Shown: in pieces, positions 36,801 through 46,965 of the stretch
How the letters are laid out: each line of letters starts with the position of its first letter
How positions within the stretch are numbered: the stretch's first letter is position 1
DNA from: Basidiobolus ranarum
Taxonomy: Eukaryota
Assembly: GCA_040143965.1 (NCBI GenBank)
Contig: JASJQH010006876.1
Location: 1-64,000, forward strand
Length of the DNA: 64,000 nucleotides
Reading direction: 5' to 3'
Program-made: the position numbers and the translations under genes
Notes under the pieces: model-generated
Seen by the model: only the letters and a program-made list of their open reading frames with translations
Told to the model about the DNA's origin: nothing
The model's database searches: none

Positions 36801-39800
36801 ATTAAGGATAAATTGACCAAGCTAAGTGACGTGCTTATATTTATTACCAAGCAGCAAAACCGTATTCTAGGTGGAGATTTCCATTTAAAAATCAAGGATT
36901 ATTCTGGCGATGTTGAAAAACTCGGAGAGCAGCTAGCAAGGCTAAAATCAACCATGAATGTTTTGGTCCAACAACAAAAAAGTCTTCTGAGTGACCGTGA
37001 CGATAATAAGGTTAATGAGCAGCTGAAACAGCTCTATACTGTGGTGGATCGACTTGTTCAAGATCAAGAGAAGTTGATTACTATAAAAATCAACGGCAAA
37101 GGCAATAGCGGTTTGGATCAAAATATTGTAAACATGAACGAGCGACTGGCAAAACTAAGTGTAGTAATCGACCGACTGGTCAATCAGCAAAATGAAATTC
37201 TGAAATACCTTGGAAGCGAGAGCAAGGAAGGCAATGTTAATACAAAGCTCGAATTGATCACATCCAAGCTTGGTCAATTGGGTGAAGTCGTGACACTGCT
37301 GAATAAGCAGCAAAACGTACTTTTGAACATTCCAAGATATTTTTCGCTCATCGAATCTCAATCGAAGGAAATCGGAAGACTGGGACAACAAGTGAGCCAG
37401 ATTCAAGAATCGATCAATGAGTTGGTTGCTTTAGAGAAAAGTCAAGGTTATAGGGATGATCAAGGAAAAGGCGGCAACTTTGCCAAAGTTCATATCAAAC
37501 AATTGACTGATCTCTTCCGATCAGTACAACGCTTAGCTAATGGCCAAGATCAGCTCTTCTCGTACGTAAAATCCAATATCTCGGAAAAACGACTGAATGA
37601 TATCGAAAACGTGACCCAAAAACTATATTTGTTAAATCAGGCAATCCAGCACGTTGTCAACGAAGAAAGAACCTTACTGAACAGTATACATTCTCAAGGC
37701 AAAAATATAGAGAAAAGTATTCAACAGATCGATATGAAAATTGACAAACTCAGTATTGTTGTTGAGACAATGAACAAACGTCAAGAGAATCTGTTTGCCA
37801 CTGTCAATGCGCTTTGGAAGTCCCAGGATAGTAACTTCAAACTTGTGAATCAAAAATTGGCTGTCTTGGGCTCAGATGTCACTAGGTTGATTAGCCAACA
37901 GCAGAAGCTATTCAATAGCAAAGGATACTCGAATGACATCTCCGTCAATGGGAGGTTATCTGAATTAGAGAAATCAATTACTCAGTTGATTCAAGAACAA
38001 CGAAGGTTGATTCTCGTCAAATCTAGTCTTGATATCTCACCGGATTTGAAACGAGAAATTTCTGCAATAGACAACCGTTTAAATCAACTGAGTCAATTCA
38101 TCCGCGAGCTTGTGTCAAAGCAAGATCGGTTCTTACAGTATGCTGAAAAGGGGGAAATTGGAACCTCTGGCGACAAAGGAGATGTCAAGAACTACAATGA
38201 TCAATTCAAGCAACTCTTTATAATGGTGAGCAAGTTGACTCAGAATCAGATTTCACTCATTACTAGAGAGGATGTAGCAAAGCTATTTGATAGACAAAAC
38301 AAGGGAATTCAGAATCTTTCGCTTGACATTGGCCAGCTCAGTAATAGGATTGATAAAGTCTTAAAGCAACAGGAGGTTTTGAATGGAAAGAATTACCTTA
38401 AGAATGGTAATACCCATGACACTCGTCTCTTCAAGATGTTAGTTGATATTAGCAAGAACGCACGACAACTTCTGGAACAACAAAACATGCTTGCTCGGAA
38501 CGTTCGTGACAATTCCTTACCCAAAGATGTAGCCAAAGAAGTTTCAAGCTTACGGAAGGAGCTAACAAATCTTACCAGGGTCATTAATGAAATTTACTCA
38601 AATCAAGAAAAAATCATTCAGCTCAAATCCAGTAGTACCAAAGATTACTCGGAACAAATTTATTCTCAAGTGGAGAAAATCACTACGGAACTAGGCGGCG
38701 TCAGCCAAGGGATCGGTCGTATTTCAACTGTGCAGTTGGAGATCCTTAAGCGACTCGGCGTTCTCAGTGACCAACAGCTCCAAAATTTCAGAAATGTAGA
38801 TTCTAAAGTCTCAACTTTAGGGAAACGAGTAGATCAATTGGTTACTGGGCAGAAGGTTTTGATAGGCAAAGAGGATAATAACACAGATAAGCTTGACAAA
38901 GTTGTCAAAGAACTGGGAGACCTACGAGACGTTGTTTACAAACTCGTCAGTCAACAAACTACAATTCTGGAAGCCAAGTGGGGAGGCTCGTACAAACAAA
39001 AAGTTCCATTTGACGTGTCTGTTATTAATACAAAAATTGCCAAAGTAAGCGATACTGTGGATCAACTCCTAGTTCAACAACGCAGAATTATGGACCGCAA
39101 AGTGGATGGCGGCTTGACGAAGGAAGTCAACGAAAGTCTCGAGACACTAACAGTCTCAATCAAACAGATTGGTGGCTATGTTAAAAATTTGTATACAGAG
39201 CAAACACAAATTCTGCAAAACCATACTGAGTTGTTGAAACAAAATCTGAACAAAACTGACAAGGTTGATCACCAATTAATTGGCTTATCTCAAAAGGTAG
39301 ACGAAATTATACGCATCCAAGCTATTCTGTTGAGACGTGTTCAGAAAACCGACAAGGGAACTGAAACTAGAACTGATGATGACGCTATCATTCAGAAACT
39401 TAGTAGTCTTCAAGGTCTTGTAAATCAAATTGTCCTTCAACAGGAGAAACTATTCAAAGCTAAGTTAAACGGGCGAGTTCCCAAAGAAGTTCTCGAGGAA
39501 TTAAGAAAACTAGACTCACGCTTTGGGGAACTAATAGGCTCAGTGAATAGCTTCTCTAACAAGCAGCGAATCGTGATTTCCAAGGATTCTGATAGCAAAC
39601 TATCAGAGAGCTTGGTGACTGACATCAATAACCTCTCGGAAAAACTCGATAGCATATCTAGCTTCGTTAAGGAAACCATGAATATTCAGTCAAGAGTATT
39701 TAACAATAATGAAGTGATTCAATTGCTCAAAAACCAATCAGGTCAGATCAACAAGTTAGATGCCAAGTTGAACGAACTGAATTCAAGATTTTCAAGTCTT

Positions 39801-42800
39801 GTGGAACAACAGGCAATTATCATCAAGAGAATCGACTATAGCAAAGGCTCAAAAGGCTCGAACGACAATATGACGCCAATATACGAGGATCTACAAGGAT
39901 TACGCAGTGTTGTCAAACAAATTGTTGAATATCAAAAGAGTCTTGGTAGCCCTAACGTTAATTCGCGTTTACCCAAAGAGGCTTTGATCCTAATGGAGAA
40001 ACTGAATGAGCGGTTCTTGGCCTTGGATAGTCAAATTGTTGGTTTTTCTGAAGGTCAGAGTAATTTATTGAAGCTTGAGAAACAGGACGAACGCCACTTG
40101 GGTAGCATTGAGGGATATATCTCGGGAATAGTCAAAGAATTTAGACCCTTAAAAGAAGCAGTAAATCAGATTCTTTCTGAGCAATCAACGCTTTTACGCC
40201 GTAACGATGTCATCAAAATCCTCCAACAACAGGCTGGCCATATTGATCAAATAAACAATCGACTAGGCAGCCTTGGTGCTCAAATGAACCAACTGGTTAA
40301 CATCCAAAAAGAACTTCTGCGTGGCAATGGCTCCAAGCAACAGACCAACAATGCAGGGATTGATAGTTTGATCAATCGATTTAGCGAATTAAGCGAAACG
40401 GTCAACAACATTGTTGATAGGCAGAACGAGCTAACCAAGCCACAGATCATGAATCAAATACCTCAAAGTGTGGTAGAAGAGATAAAAACGGTCACACAAC
40501 AAATGTCTACGCTGAATGAGCAAGTCACTACACTTAGTGAACAGCAACAAGCAATAATCCAAAGTCTAGCCGGCAAGAAGGGGTCACCATCTGAACTCGT
40601 AGTTAAAACATACAACCGTGATCTTCAGATTTTAAGTGAACAAATATTTAAATTGGGTAAAATGATTAATGGGATCTCCAGTCGCCAAGATAAAGTCGCC
40701 AACAATGATCGTGTCCTAGATGTGATCAAGAAGCAAGGTGCACAGATTCAATCGCTGGGCATAGGTATGAATAACCTCCGAAAAGAGCTTGGTGTATTGA
40801 TCAATCGTCAGCAAGGCCTTCTTCAAAGAACATATGGCAATACTCAACAAAATCGCCAAGGTACACAAGCTATCCTAGAACAACTTCAGAAACTAGATAG
40901 CAGAGTCGATGGTTTGTTTGAACAACAAAAAGTGCTTGTCAACAAAGAGATTTACGCTGCTATACCGAAAGAGATCACGTCACAAATCGATCAAATAAGC
41001 TCTCAGCTTGGGGAACTTCGCCAAGTTGTTACAGAGGTTTCTAGAGAGCAGACAACCTTCATTGAACACGGAAATAAGAACAAAGATGATGGAAACGCCA
41101 GTAATATTGATGGAATACTCAAACTGAACCAGCGCTTTAATCAATTGACAAAGCTAGTAATCAGGATCGCTGAAGGTCAGAACCGCATTACTTCAAACGA
41201 GAAAGTAGTCAAAATACTGGAGCAACATTCTCGAGCAATTCAAAGAATTGACAACAGACTTACCGAAGTTGGCAGCATGGTCCAGAGAATCTTAGAGAAT
41301 CAGTTTAAGCTTATTCAATCGCCTGACTACCAAAATCACGCCAATAATAAGGGTGTCAACCTACAACCCATAGTTTTGAACTTACAAGATCTTCGAGAAG
41401 AGGTCAGATATTTGATTGAACAACAGAGGAAACTGAATCGTCCATCGGTTGGGAATTCTCTTCCTCAAGCCCTAGTAGGAAAAGTGAACGAAATCAACTT
41501 GAACCTCAATGGCTTGAATAGGCATATCCAAAGCTTGTTTGAAGAACAATCTGAACTGATCAAAGCATCCAACAATAGACAAGGAGCAAATTACAAAGAT
41601 TCAATTGACAAGATCAACCGCAGCTTAAATGAGTTTGGAAGAGTGATACGTGCTCTTGTCGGTCAACAAACACAAATTCTTAAGAATGAAGAGGTTCTAA
41701 AAGTGATCGCTAGCGAACTTGGTGATCTCAAAGAAGTGAAATCGACCGTCAGAAACTTTGGCCATCAAATTCGGAATCTTGTTGAACAACAAAGGATAAT
41801 CTTGAACAACATTTCTCAACTAGGCAAGTATAAGAGCGCAGATTCGAGCCGAGACCTGCTTGGTAAATTAGCTTTACTAAGTCGGACTGTTAATGAATTG
41901 GTGGAAAAACAGACGATTTTATTGAGGCGTGAGGTTGTTGGAACTGTGCCCAAGGAGATAATGGAAGAAATTACAATTCTGAACAAGAAGTTCAATTTCG
42001 TTACTAGCAGCCTAGAATCGATAGCAGAATTACAAAAACGTCTACTTGACCGTAGAAACGATGGCTCAGATAATCACGAAGAAGCCAGCCCGGAAGTGAT
42101 CGGATACTTGAATGACTTGAGACAAAAATTTGGCAAACTTTATCAAGAAGTGACTTCAATCTCTAGTTATCAACAGGAATTGATGAGTCGCAAGGAGCTT
42201 TTGAGTATTCTGAAGCGTCATTCTGTAGATATCAATATCGTTGGACGTAAAGTTGAGGCTGTTGATGAGAAGATTCAAGTACTTATCAACCAACAGAGAG
42301 AGCTATATAACCTGATTGAGAAAAAAGGGACAAGGGACCAAGTAGGAGGGAAAAACTATTCAATCGTAATTGAACGCCTCCAACAGCTTGAAAAATCAAT
42401 TGTTCTACTCTCTGGCGAACAGAGAAGGTTGCAAGGAATTGAGAGAAATGGCACGAAGCAAGTTCTGGAAACAGTCAATAGCTCTACACAATATTTGGAT
42501 GGTAAAATGGGCAGACTTTCTACTTTAATTGATCGTGTCCGGAACGAACAACAGGAAATACTTCAAGCTGTAAAGAATAACAATATAATATCTAAGGAAG
42601 TCTTGAGTAGAGTTGACAAAGTCAATGACGAGATCAAGAATCTCGAGGATGTAGTGAAGCAATTGGCACAAGAGCAGCATGAAGTCAATGTCAAAGTAAC
42701 TAAACTTCTAGGCCTACCCCAAGATATGCAAGAAGTCAAACAGCGCCTGGTAACTCTGAACAATCTCACCAACAAGCTTATAAATCAGCAGGTTCAGCTC

Positions 42801-44636
42801 TATGAGGTCACAGTACAAGGGTCAAAAGGAAATGGAGGTTCAGGACCAAAAGGTTATGATAACGATCTTCGCAATCGCCTCTCAGAGCTGTTCCAGCTTA
42901 TGCAACAACTTACTGTTCAGCAAAATGGCCTAATGAAGGTGGAGAATAGAAACTCACAGAGTCATACTCAAGAAATTTCTTCTTTGGCTTCTAAAGTTTA
43001 CAAGGTTGAGCAAACCGTAACTCATTTGTTGGAAGAGCAGCAATCTCTGCTTAAAAAAGACAACATGAATAATCTCGGTGGCTTTAATAATCTAGACAAA
43101 AAGGTTAACTTATTGAACGAAGCTGTAAAGCAACTTGTCAATCAACAACAGAAGATTATGAAATTGGCGGGTTTGGGGCGACTAGTACAACAGCAATCGC
43201 AGGATATTCGAGGTGTAAAAAATAACTTGACGAACCTGACAGATGTAGTCAATCAACTAGTAAATCAACAGAAAGACCTTCTCATCCGTACGAAGTATGA
43301 AAAAGAATACGTTACTAACAACGAGTTGAATACGAAATTTGGTGAATTGAGAGACACTGTCCTCAATATTGTCAAACAACAACGCATTATAGTCGAGAAG
43401 AATATCAAAGACCGCGAGCGCAATGGTTATAAAAAAGGAAGTGAGCCTGGTGAAACTGTCTCCTATAACTTGGAGAATCGGGTTGAGCAAGTGACTGATT
43501 TGATGAAACAACTGGTACTCCAACAAAAAGAAACAATTTTACGAATTTCTAGAAAAGAAAGCATCAACTATGATGATATAGTTGGTAAAATGAATACAAA
43601 GATTCTGCAATTGAACGAGTTAGCAAAGCAGCTATTCGCCGAACAGACCTCTCTGATTCAACGAGGCTTTGATTCTTTATCGAAGCAACAGTATACCGGC
43701 TTTCAAAAGATTGACGGTAGATTAAATGACATTGGTAGTGCTTTGAAGAACCTTTCAAACTATGATAATGGTGCTTTGGATCGCAGAATTCAAGCACTAT
43801 CTCAGCAACAATCAAGGGACACCAGTAAATTGAATTCTCGATTAAATCAAATCAGTAAAATGCTGGAGCGCATTGCTACTCGCCCTAATACTGGAGATAA
43901 TACAGGCTTGAATGAAATCCGGAACAAGTTGAATGGATTAGAGAGCGCCATGACTCGAATACTTGGAAAACTTGACAGGGGTGGCAACGCAAACCTTTCA
44001 CAAGAACAGTTTGAAGAACTGAGACGCGTCAGTCGGCAACTACCCAACCTTAACCAGTCCGTGGAGAAATTAGCTTTGGTTGAAGAAGTAGGAAACCCAA
44101 TATATATTCAAGAATTAACCAACATGGACCAATCCTTGAGTGAATATGGAAGGGCTATAATTGATATCGATGGGTCCATAGGAGGTACTTATTCTAATCC
44201 TGTGGGCTACGATTCTCAGGATATGGGCCTGGATATCATTGACATAGATACTGGTGATCTCTACAGTGGTGACAGATTCGCTTGGGATGGCGCAAATGTA
44301 GATGGATATAGGTTTGTTGATAAGGGCTTCGGTCCCCTCCGGCCCGGTCCTATTATTTCTCGTCGCCGAATTGAGTTCCGCAGCAATAGGAATAGAAGAG
44401 GCAGTAAACTTGGTAGCAAAAACAAAACTTATAGAAAAACTACCAGGCCCTTGGAAAGACTTGGCAAAAGGCCATTAGTAATCTCTAAACGACCTAAAGT
44501 ATTAGAAGGTTCCATTACTTCGTTCAGTCCTGCAAGTGTGAAAAGATCCAACACTCGCTATCAAGGATATGAATATCGTCAAGGTTTTTGGTATCCTAAG
44601 AATGAACAATTTGAAAAGATCATGCAAGTGAAATAG
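33852..44636 (+). CDS. Giant (about 3594 aa) intronless segmented coiled-coil repeat protein B, paralog of protein A; function unknown
   Basis: An uninterrupted ORF whose first ATG is at 33852 (the track starts at a TTG at 33819). It shares LFLISQLA, LFPDxQLRFL, SSKDIxEIN.R.TDLLR, KVTxLLGLPQD and GxWYPxN motifs with protein A. Confidence 0.9.
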   Translation: MMFENSIRIHDASQKSKNLRRSLFLISQLAVVQAINHPSYSQSRSQKESHTSTNPEKPFTNGATISSKKPLGFPNISNNPLMSQYPSPSNVSYSEHRGNVLVNGYPVEVAPSGAFYHDDGYGFDLFESDIPSYLEFGDYPLSGYFNTPSWGISGNQAVLFPDGQLRFLAPAFDDINDGSYYQEIDVPVYVEQIEVDSIDNREAEEIAVVNNENDYINSVQLNEVSSKLEQSEEFQLLDAKLDQLTLALSQVISGSTKGESNTPATNPNVHINGLVEGMDVLNHKVEELVKAVGIVTEQNQLIGTQTSKVLKTSTKTLSEVDTINEKLTTIKKDLTLISEKESHIEQQQTNNIVRSSKDINEINERITDLLRTVGGLSKGSYNHQHDSKVAHDSNASQELKEIRGNLNRMQNSITAISSEVTSFLSKVEKTSLQDIEGINQLRKEFSQFKVFMDKRIAESNNLEKENHAETVQMLNKEYTLIGDLSKRVDGLFASLKIVLEQLQKLENKDADYTKAITTIEGLLQRLSQTSDTLDRLIKKEMNLISNRDYSKPTSGIDSRRVLSSLEELRNEMKNLTAQQIDLFQKYNSSTNNEGYEKIVNHLNQLQKTVIQLVSEGGKYFKVPDSGNYPKELIRDIENMSENIINLNSIVKGLVKQQQKLIESYGENNKGGWKEFNVNFEKLGRVINMLSTQNSWIKQQTDVISKMDSHITEIGSKINHLIEEQSRLEVYPHKGSKSDPNIAYKLDQLRKTVEQLAHDQQILLGKYREGKASDVLTKDIQSVNYKLADLSSVVTRLLQEQKSIVNKLGSQKNRPSDGKDESKEIHLLSEQIERLREVVTLIAKQQKTLLQGKSITVNTDNITVLDSRLNSLGQKMDYLIKQQQLISGKYGNSEDTKNQNSEYRNVETILNQLRQTVTEVIKEQTVLIRGSGGKLPSKLPDDLERVIENLAKQCSRIYNVVDKIGYEQEQILKNDKGEVKDIQEIKDKLTKLSDVLIFITKQQNRILGGDFHLKIKDYSGDVEKLGEQLARLKSTMNVLVQQQKSLLSDRDDNKVNEQLKQLYTVVDRLVQDQEKLITIKINGKGNSGLDQNIVNMNERLAKLSVVIDRLVNQQNEILKYLGSESKEGNVNTKLELITSKLGQLGEVVTLLNKQQNVLLNIPRYFSLIESQSKEIGRLGQQVSQIQESINELVALEKSQGYRDDQGKGGNFAKVHIKQLTDLFRSVQRLANGQDQLFSYVKSNISEKRLNDIENVTQKLYLLNQAIQHVVNEERTLLNSIHSQGKNIEKSIQQIDMKIDKLSIVVETMNKRQENLFATVNALWKSQDSNFKLVNQKLAVLGSDVTRLISQQQKLFNSKGYSNDISVNGRLSELEKSITQLIQEQRRLILVKSSLDISPDLKREISAIDNRLNQLSQFIRELVSKQDRFLQYAEKGEIGTSGDKGDVKNYNDQFKQLFIMVSKLTQNQISLITREDVAKLFDRQNKGIQNLSLDIGQLSNRIDKVLKQQEVLNGKNYLKNGNTHDTRLFKMLVDISKNARQLLEQQNMLARNVRDNSLPKDVAKEVSSLRKELTNLTRVINEIYSNQEKIIQLKSSSTKDYSEQIYSQVEKITTELGGVSQGIGRISTVQLEILKRLGVLSDQQLQNFRNVDSKVSTLGKRVDQLVTGQKVLIGKEDNNTDKLDKVVKELGDLRDVVYKLVSQQTTILEAKWGGSYKQKVPFDVSVINTKIAKVSDTVDQLLVQQRRIMDRKVDGGLTKEVNESLETLTVSIKQIGGYVKNLYTEQTQILQNHTELLKQNLNKTDKVDHQLIGLSQKVDEIIRIQAILLRRVQKTDKGTETRTDDDAIIQKLSSLQGLVNQIVLQQEKLFKAKLNGRVPKEVLEELRKLDSRFGELIGSVNSFSNKQRIVISKDSDSKLSESLVTDINNLSEKLDSISSFVKETMNIQSRVFNNNEVIQLLKNQSGQINKLDAKLNELNSRFSSLVEQQAIIIKRIDYSKGSKGSNDNMTPIYEDLQGLRSVVKQIVEYQKSLGSPNVNSRLPKEALILMEKLNERFLALDSQIVGFSEGQSNLLKLEKQDERHLGSIEGYISGIVKEFRPLKEAVNQILSEQSTLLRRNDVIKILQQQAGHIDQINNRLGSLGAQMNQLVNIQKELLRGNGSKQQTNNAGIDSLINRFSELSETVNNIVDRQNELTKPQIMNQIPQSVVEEIKTVTQQMSTLNEQVTTLSEQQQAIIQSLAGKKGSPSELVVKTYNRDLQILSEQIFKLGKMINGISSRQDKVANNDRVLDVIKKQGAQIQSLGIGMNNLRKELGVLINRQQGLLQRTYGNTQQNRQGTQAILEQLQKLDSRVDGLFEQQKVLVNKEIYAAIPKEITSQIDQISSQLGELRQVVTEVSREQTTFIEHGNKNKDDGNASNIDGILKLNQRFNQLTKLVIRIAEGQNRITSNEKVVKILEQHSRAIQRIDNRLTEVGSMVQRILENQFKLIQSPDYQNHANNKGVNLQPIVLNLQDLREEVRYLIEQQRKLNRPSVGNSLPQALVGKVNEINLNLNGLNRHIQSLFEEQSELIKASNNRQGANYKDSIDKINRSLNEFGRVIRALVGQQTQILKNEEVLKVIASELGDLKEVKSTVRNFGHQIRNLVEQQRIILNNISQLGKYKSADSSRDLLGKLALLSRTVNELVEKQTILLRREVVGTVPKEIMEEITILNKKFNFVTSSLESIAELQKRLLDRRNDGSDNHEEASPEVIGYLNDLRQKFGKLYQEVTSISSYQQELMSRKELLSILKRHSVDINIVGRKVEAVDEKIQVLINQQRELYNLIEKKGTRDQVGGKNYSIVIERLQQLEKSIVLLSGEQRRLQGIERNGTKQVLETVNSSTQYLDGKMGRLSTLIDRVRNEQQEILQAVKNNNIISKEVLSRVDKVNDEIKNLEDVVKQLAQEQHEVNVKVTKLLGLPQDMQEVKQRLVTLNNLTNKLINQQVQLYEVTVQGSKGNGGSGPKGYDNDLRNRLSELFQLMQQLTVQQNGLMKVENRNSQSHTQEISSLASKVYKVEQTVTHLLEEQQSLLKKDNMNNLGGFNNLDKKVNLLNEAVKQLVNQQQKIMKLAGLGRLVQQQSQDIRGVKNNLTNLTDVVNQLVNQQKDLLIRTKYEKEYVTNNELNTKFGELRDTVLNIVKQQRIIVEKNIKDRERNGYKKGSEPGETVSYNLENRVEQVTDLMKQLVLQQKETILRISRKESINYDDIVGKMNTKILQLNELAKQLFAEQTSLIQRGFDSLSKQQYTGFQKIDGRLNDIGSALKNLSNYDNGALDRRIQALSQQQSRDTSKLNSRLNQISKMLERIATRPNTGDNTGLNEIRNKLNGLESAMTRILGKLDRGGNANLSQEQFEELRRVSRQLPNLNQSVEKLALVEEVGNPIYIQELTNMDQSLSEYGRAIIDIDGSIGGTYSNPVGYDSQDMGLDIIDIDTGDLYSGDRFAWDGANVDGYRFVDKGFGPLRPGPIISRRRIEFRSNRNRRGSKLGSKNKTYRKTTRPLERLGKRPLVISKRPKVLEGSITSFSPASVKRSNTRYQGYEYRQGFWYPKNEQFEKIMQVK

Positions 44637-45171
44637 CCATAATGCTTTAGATAGATATCAATATATGCAATAAATTGTTATTTTATCTCATCAATATCAA
44701 GTATATGAACAGTTGGCAAGACTTGTCAATAGATTGTGCTGATAACAGGTATTCACAAGATCACCAGCCGAGGTAATACCAACAACTCCACATGTACATA
44801 CTTCTTAATTATTCGTGTGATGACATTGAAGTTGTAAGAGTAAGTCATGTCTATCTACTACGAAAATATTTGCCATTAGCTTTTAGAGCTAAGCATCTCA
44901 AACAGAATAATCAGCATAGAGTGAATTCACTAGAGCTTGCTTTTGAGTCCCATTGCTATATAAATAATATACATCGGCTAAAATGATATTGTGGGAAAAA
45001 GCAACGTGGTTTTCTTCGATATTTTCAGCATACGAAAGATCTAACGGCTAGTAGCCCAAAATCACTTCCAATTTTGTGCATTAACCATGTGACAAGCATT
45101 ACCCGACCCTGAGTACAAAAGGAGCTTGGTATGGAATAGAGCTTGTTGTTCTCTCATTTTTTTAGTCTATA

Positions 45172-46133
45172 ATGTTGGGATTCACCTTAGGACGTACGTT
45201 GAAGCGGGGCATTAGACTCCAGAGATACAAGCCTCTTGGACAATTCGCCTCAATTGGATTCGTTCGCTACACACATATCAACACCTCTTACAACAATGAC
45301 TTGGTCACGATAGAGTCAATTCCGGAACAAAATACTGCCATTATTCATCTTCATCGGGCTCCAGCAAATGCTTTTAATGATGAAATGGTACGAACCGTTA
45401 CTGATGTATTTACTCAAATTGAGAAGGATAAATCAGTAAGAACAGTGATCTTTGCTTCGAAAATCCCTAAGTTCTTTTCTGCTGGTGTTGACTTGGAAGA
45501 TTTTCATCGATCTGGTGAACTGTGGATGGAGTTTTGGAGAGATTTGCGAACAATGTTTATTACTATCCATGGATCAAGGCTGAATACTATTGCTGCTGTC
45601 AACGGATTTGCTGTAGGTCTTGGATGTGCTCTGACATTAGGTACTAGGATGCTTATTTCTCACTTTTCTTATTCTAATTACTTTATCACTTGTTAGCTTG
45701 TCAAGATCGCTATATGTTATCAGGCAAAGGTGCAATTGGCATCAACCCTGTCAATATTGGTATCCCAGTCCCTGTATGGTTAGTCCAACGTTATGTTGAG
45801 GTGCTCGGCTATAGAACAAGTGAAAAGATGCTAACTGCCGGTGTTTCTTTGAAAGCCACTGAAGCCAAAAAGATCGGTTTGGTAGATGAAATTTTTGATG
45901 ATCATGATCAATTACTAGAGGCTTGTAAGAAGCTTGCCAGAGAAAAACATAAGATAAACGAAACCGCTCAAGTCGAAACGGCTAGACTTTTGAAGGTACC
46001 GTTTATTAAAACGTTTTATTCGGAAGAAGCCGAAGACATGGAAAGGATGGCTGGTTTCATTGAGCGTCCTGAAATGAGACAAATCATTAAAGGAATGCAA
46101 GCACAAATAGAAGCAAAAAAGATCAAATCCTAA
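45172..46133 (+). CDS. Crotonase-family enoyl-CoA delta-isomerase, probably mitochondrial
   Basis: HRAPANAF, FFSAGVDL, IAAVNGFAVGLGCAL and EAKKIGLVDE, with an Arg-rich N-terminal presequence. One intron at about 45641-45696. Confidence 0.88.
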
Positions 46134-46705
46134 TCCTTAAAGGCCTTGAGTTATGAACGTAGCATATTACACTTGCATCTCATTTATTTATTTCAATAAA
46201 GATTCATCTTCAGCACATGCATTTACGATAAAACACTAGAAAAATCCCTGCTCTATCGCAAACCAAGCATCAACAAATCTAGATTAACAAAAGTTGATTA
46301 AGGCTCAGGAAACCATCACCATCAGAACCAAATAGTCATCAGCAACGGATGAAAATAGCTAACTGCATATAAATGACGACTGAACCAACTAGTTTAATAT
46401 TGACGTTGAAGTTATTCTCAAGGACTTTACCAACATCTGAGAGACTCGTGCTTTCTTGGGAACCCAAAATAGCTTCAAACATAACAGCTATCAAAATACA
46501 AACGTGCAACATTACTTCTTGCTAAATAAAGCGTTGACAACTACTGAACCCTTTACATTGCTCCATCTCCGTATGCTTGTGTACAATTCCTCTCGTTTAA
46601 CTTTGCTAAACAGAAGGTGAATTATATGAATGAATTCTTCAGATGATTCTCAAGTTTAAAATTAGATGTTATCTAAATGGGGGAAGGGGAAAATCCTATG
46701 GCTTT

Positions 46706-46808
46706 GATATATATTTCAAGGGTTTTTCTATAGAAAAGATGATATATATTTCAAGCGTTTGTTTATAGAAAAGATGATATATATCTCAAGCGTTTGTTTA
46801 TAGAAAAG
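46706..46808. repeat. 35-bp minisatellite, about 3 copies
   Basis: GATATATATTTCAAGCGTTTGTTTATAGAAAAGAT-like units start at 46706, 46741 and 46776. Confidence 0.9.
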
Positions 46809-46965
46809 TAAATAGAAATCAAGAAGTCACCCATTGAAACATTAATTCCACCATGAAAAAGGAAAAACAACTATTGACATCAGTTACATAAAATCATGTG
46901 AAAGGATAGAGGTGGAGGCTGTGTGTAAGGATGCATAGTCGATGTAGGTAATGAACAAATTGCAC

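Noticed and set aside
21369-44047. Many 60-120 aa ORFs overlapping or antisense to the two giant genes
   Set aside because: They are shadow ORFs of long coding sequence with no recognisable motifs.
21307-44636. Viral fusion protein, phage tape-measure or chemoreceptor origin of the giant ORFs
   Set aside because: The resemblance is limited to generic heptads and QQ..LL. I see no transmembrane anchor, chemoreceptor hairpin or viral neighbours.
46706-46808. CRISPR-like repeat length of 35 bp
   Set aside because: Units are directly adjacent with no unique spacers, there are no cas genes, and the context is eukaryotic.
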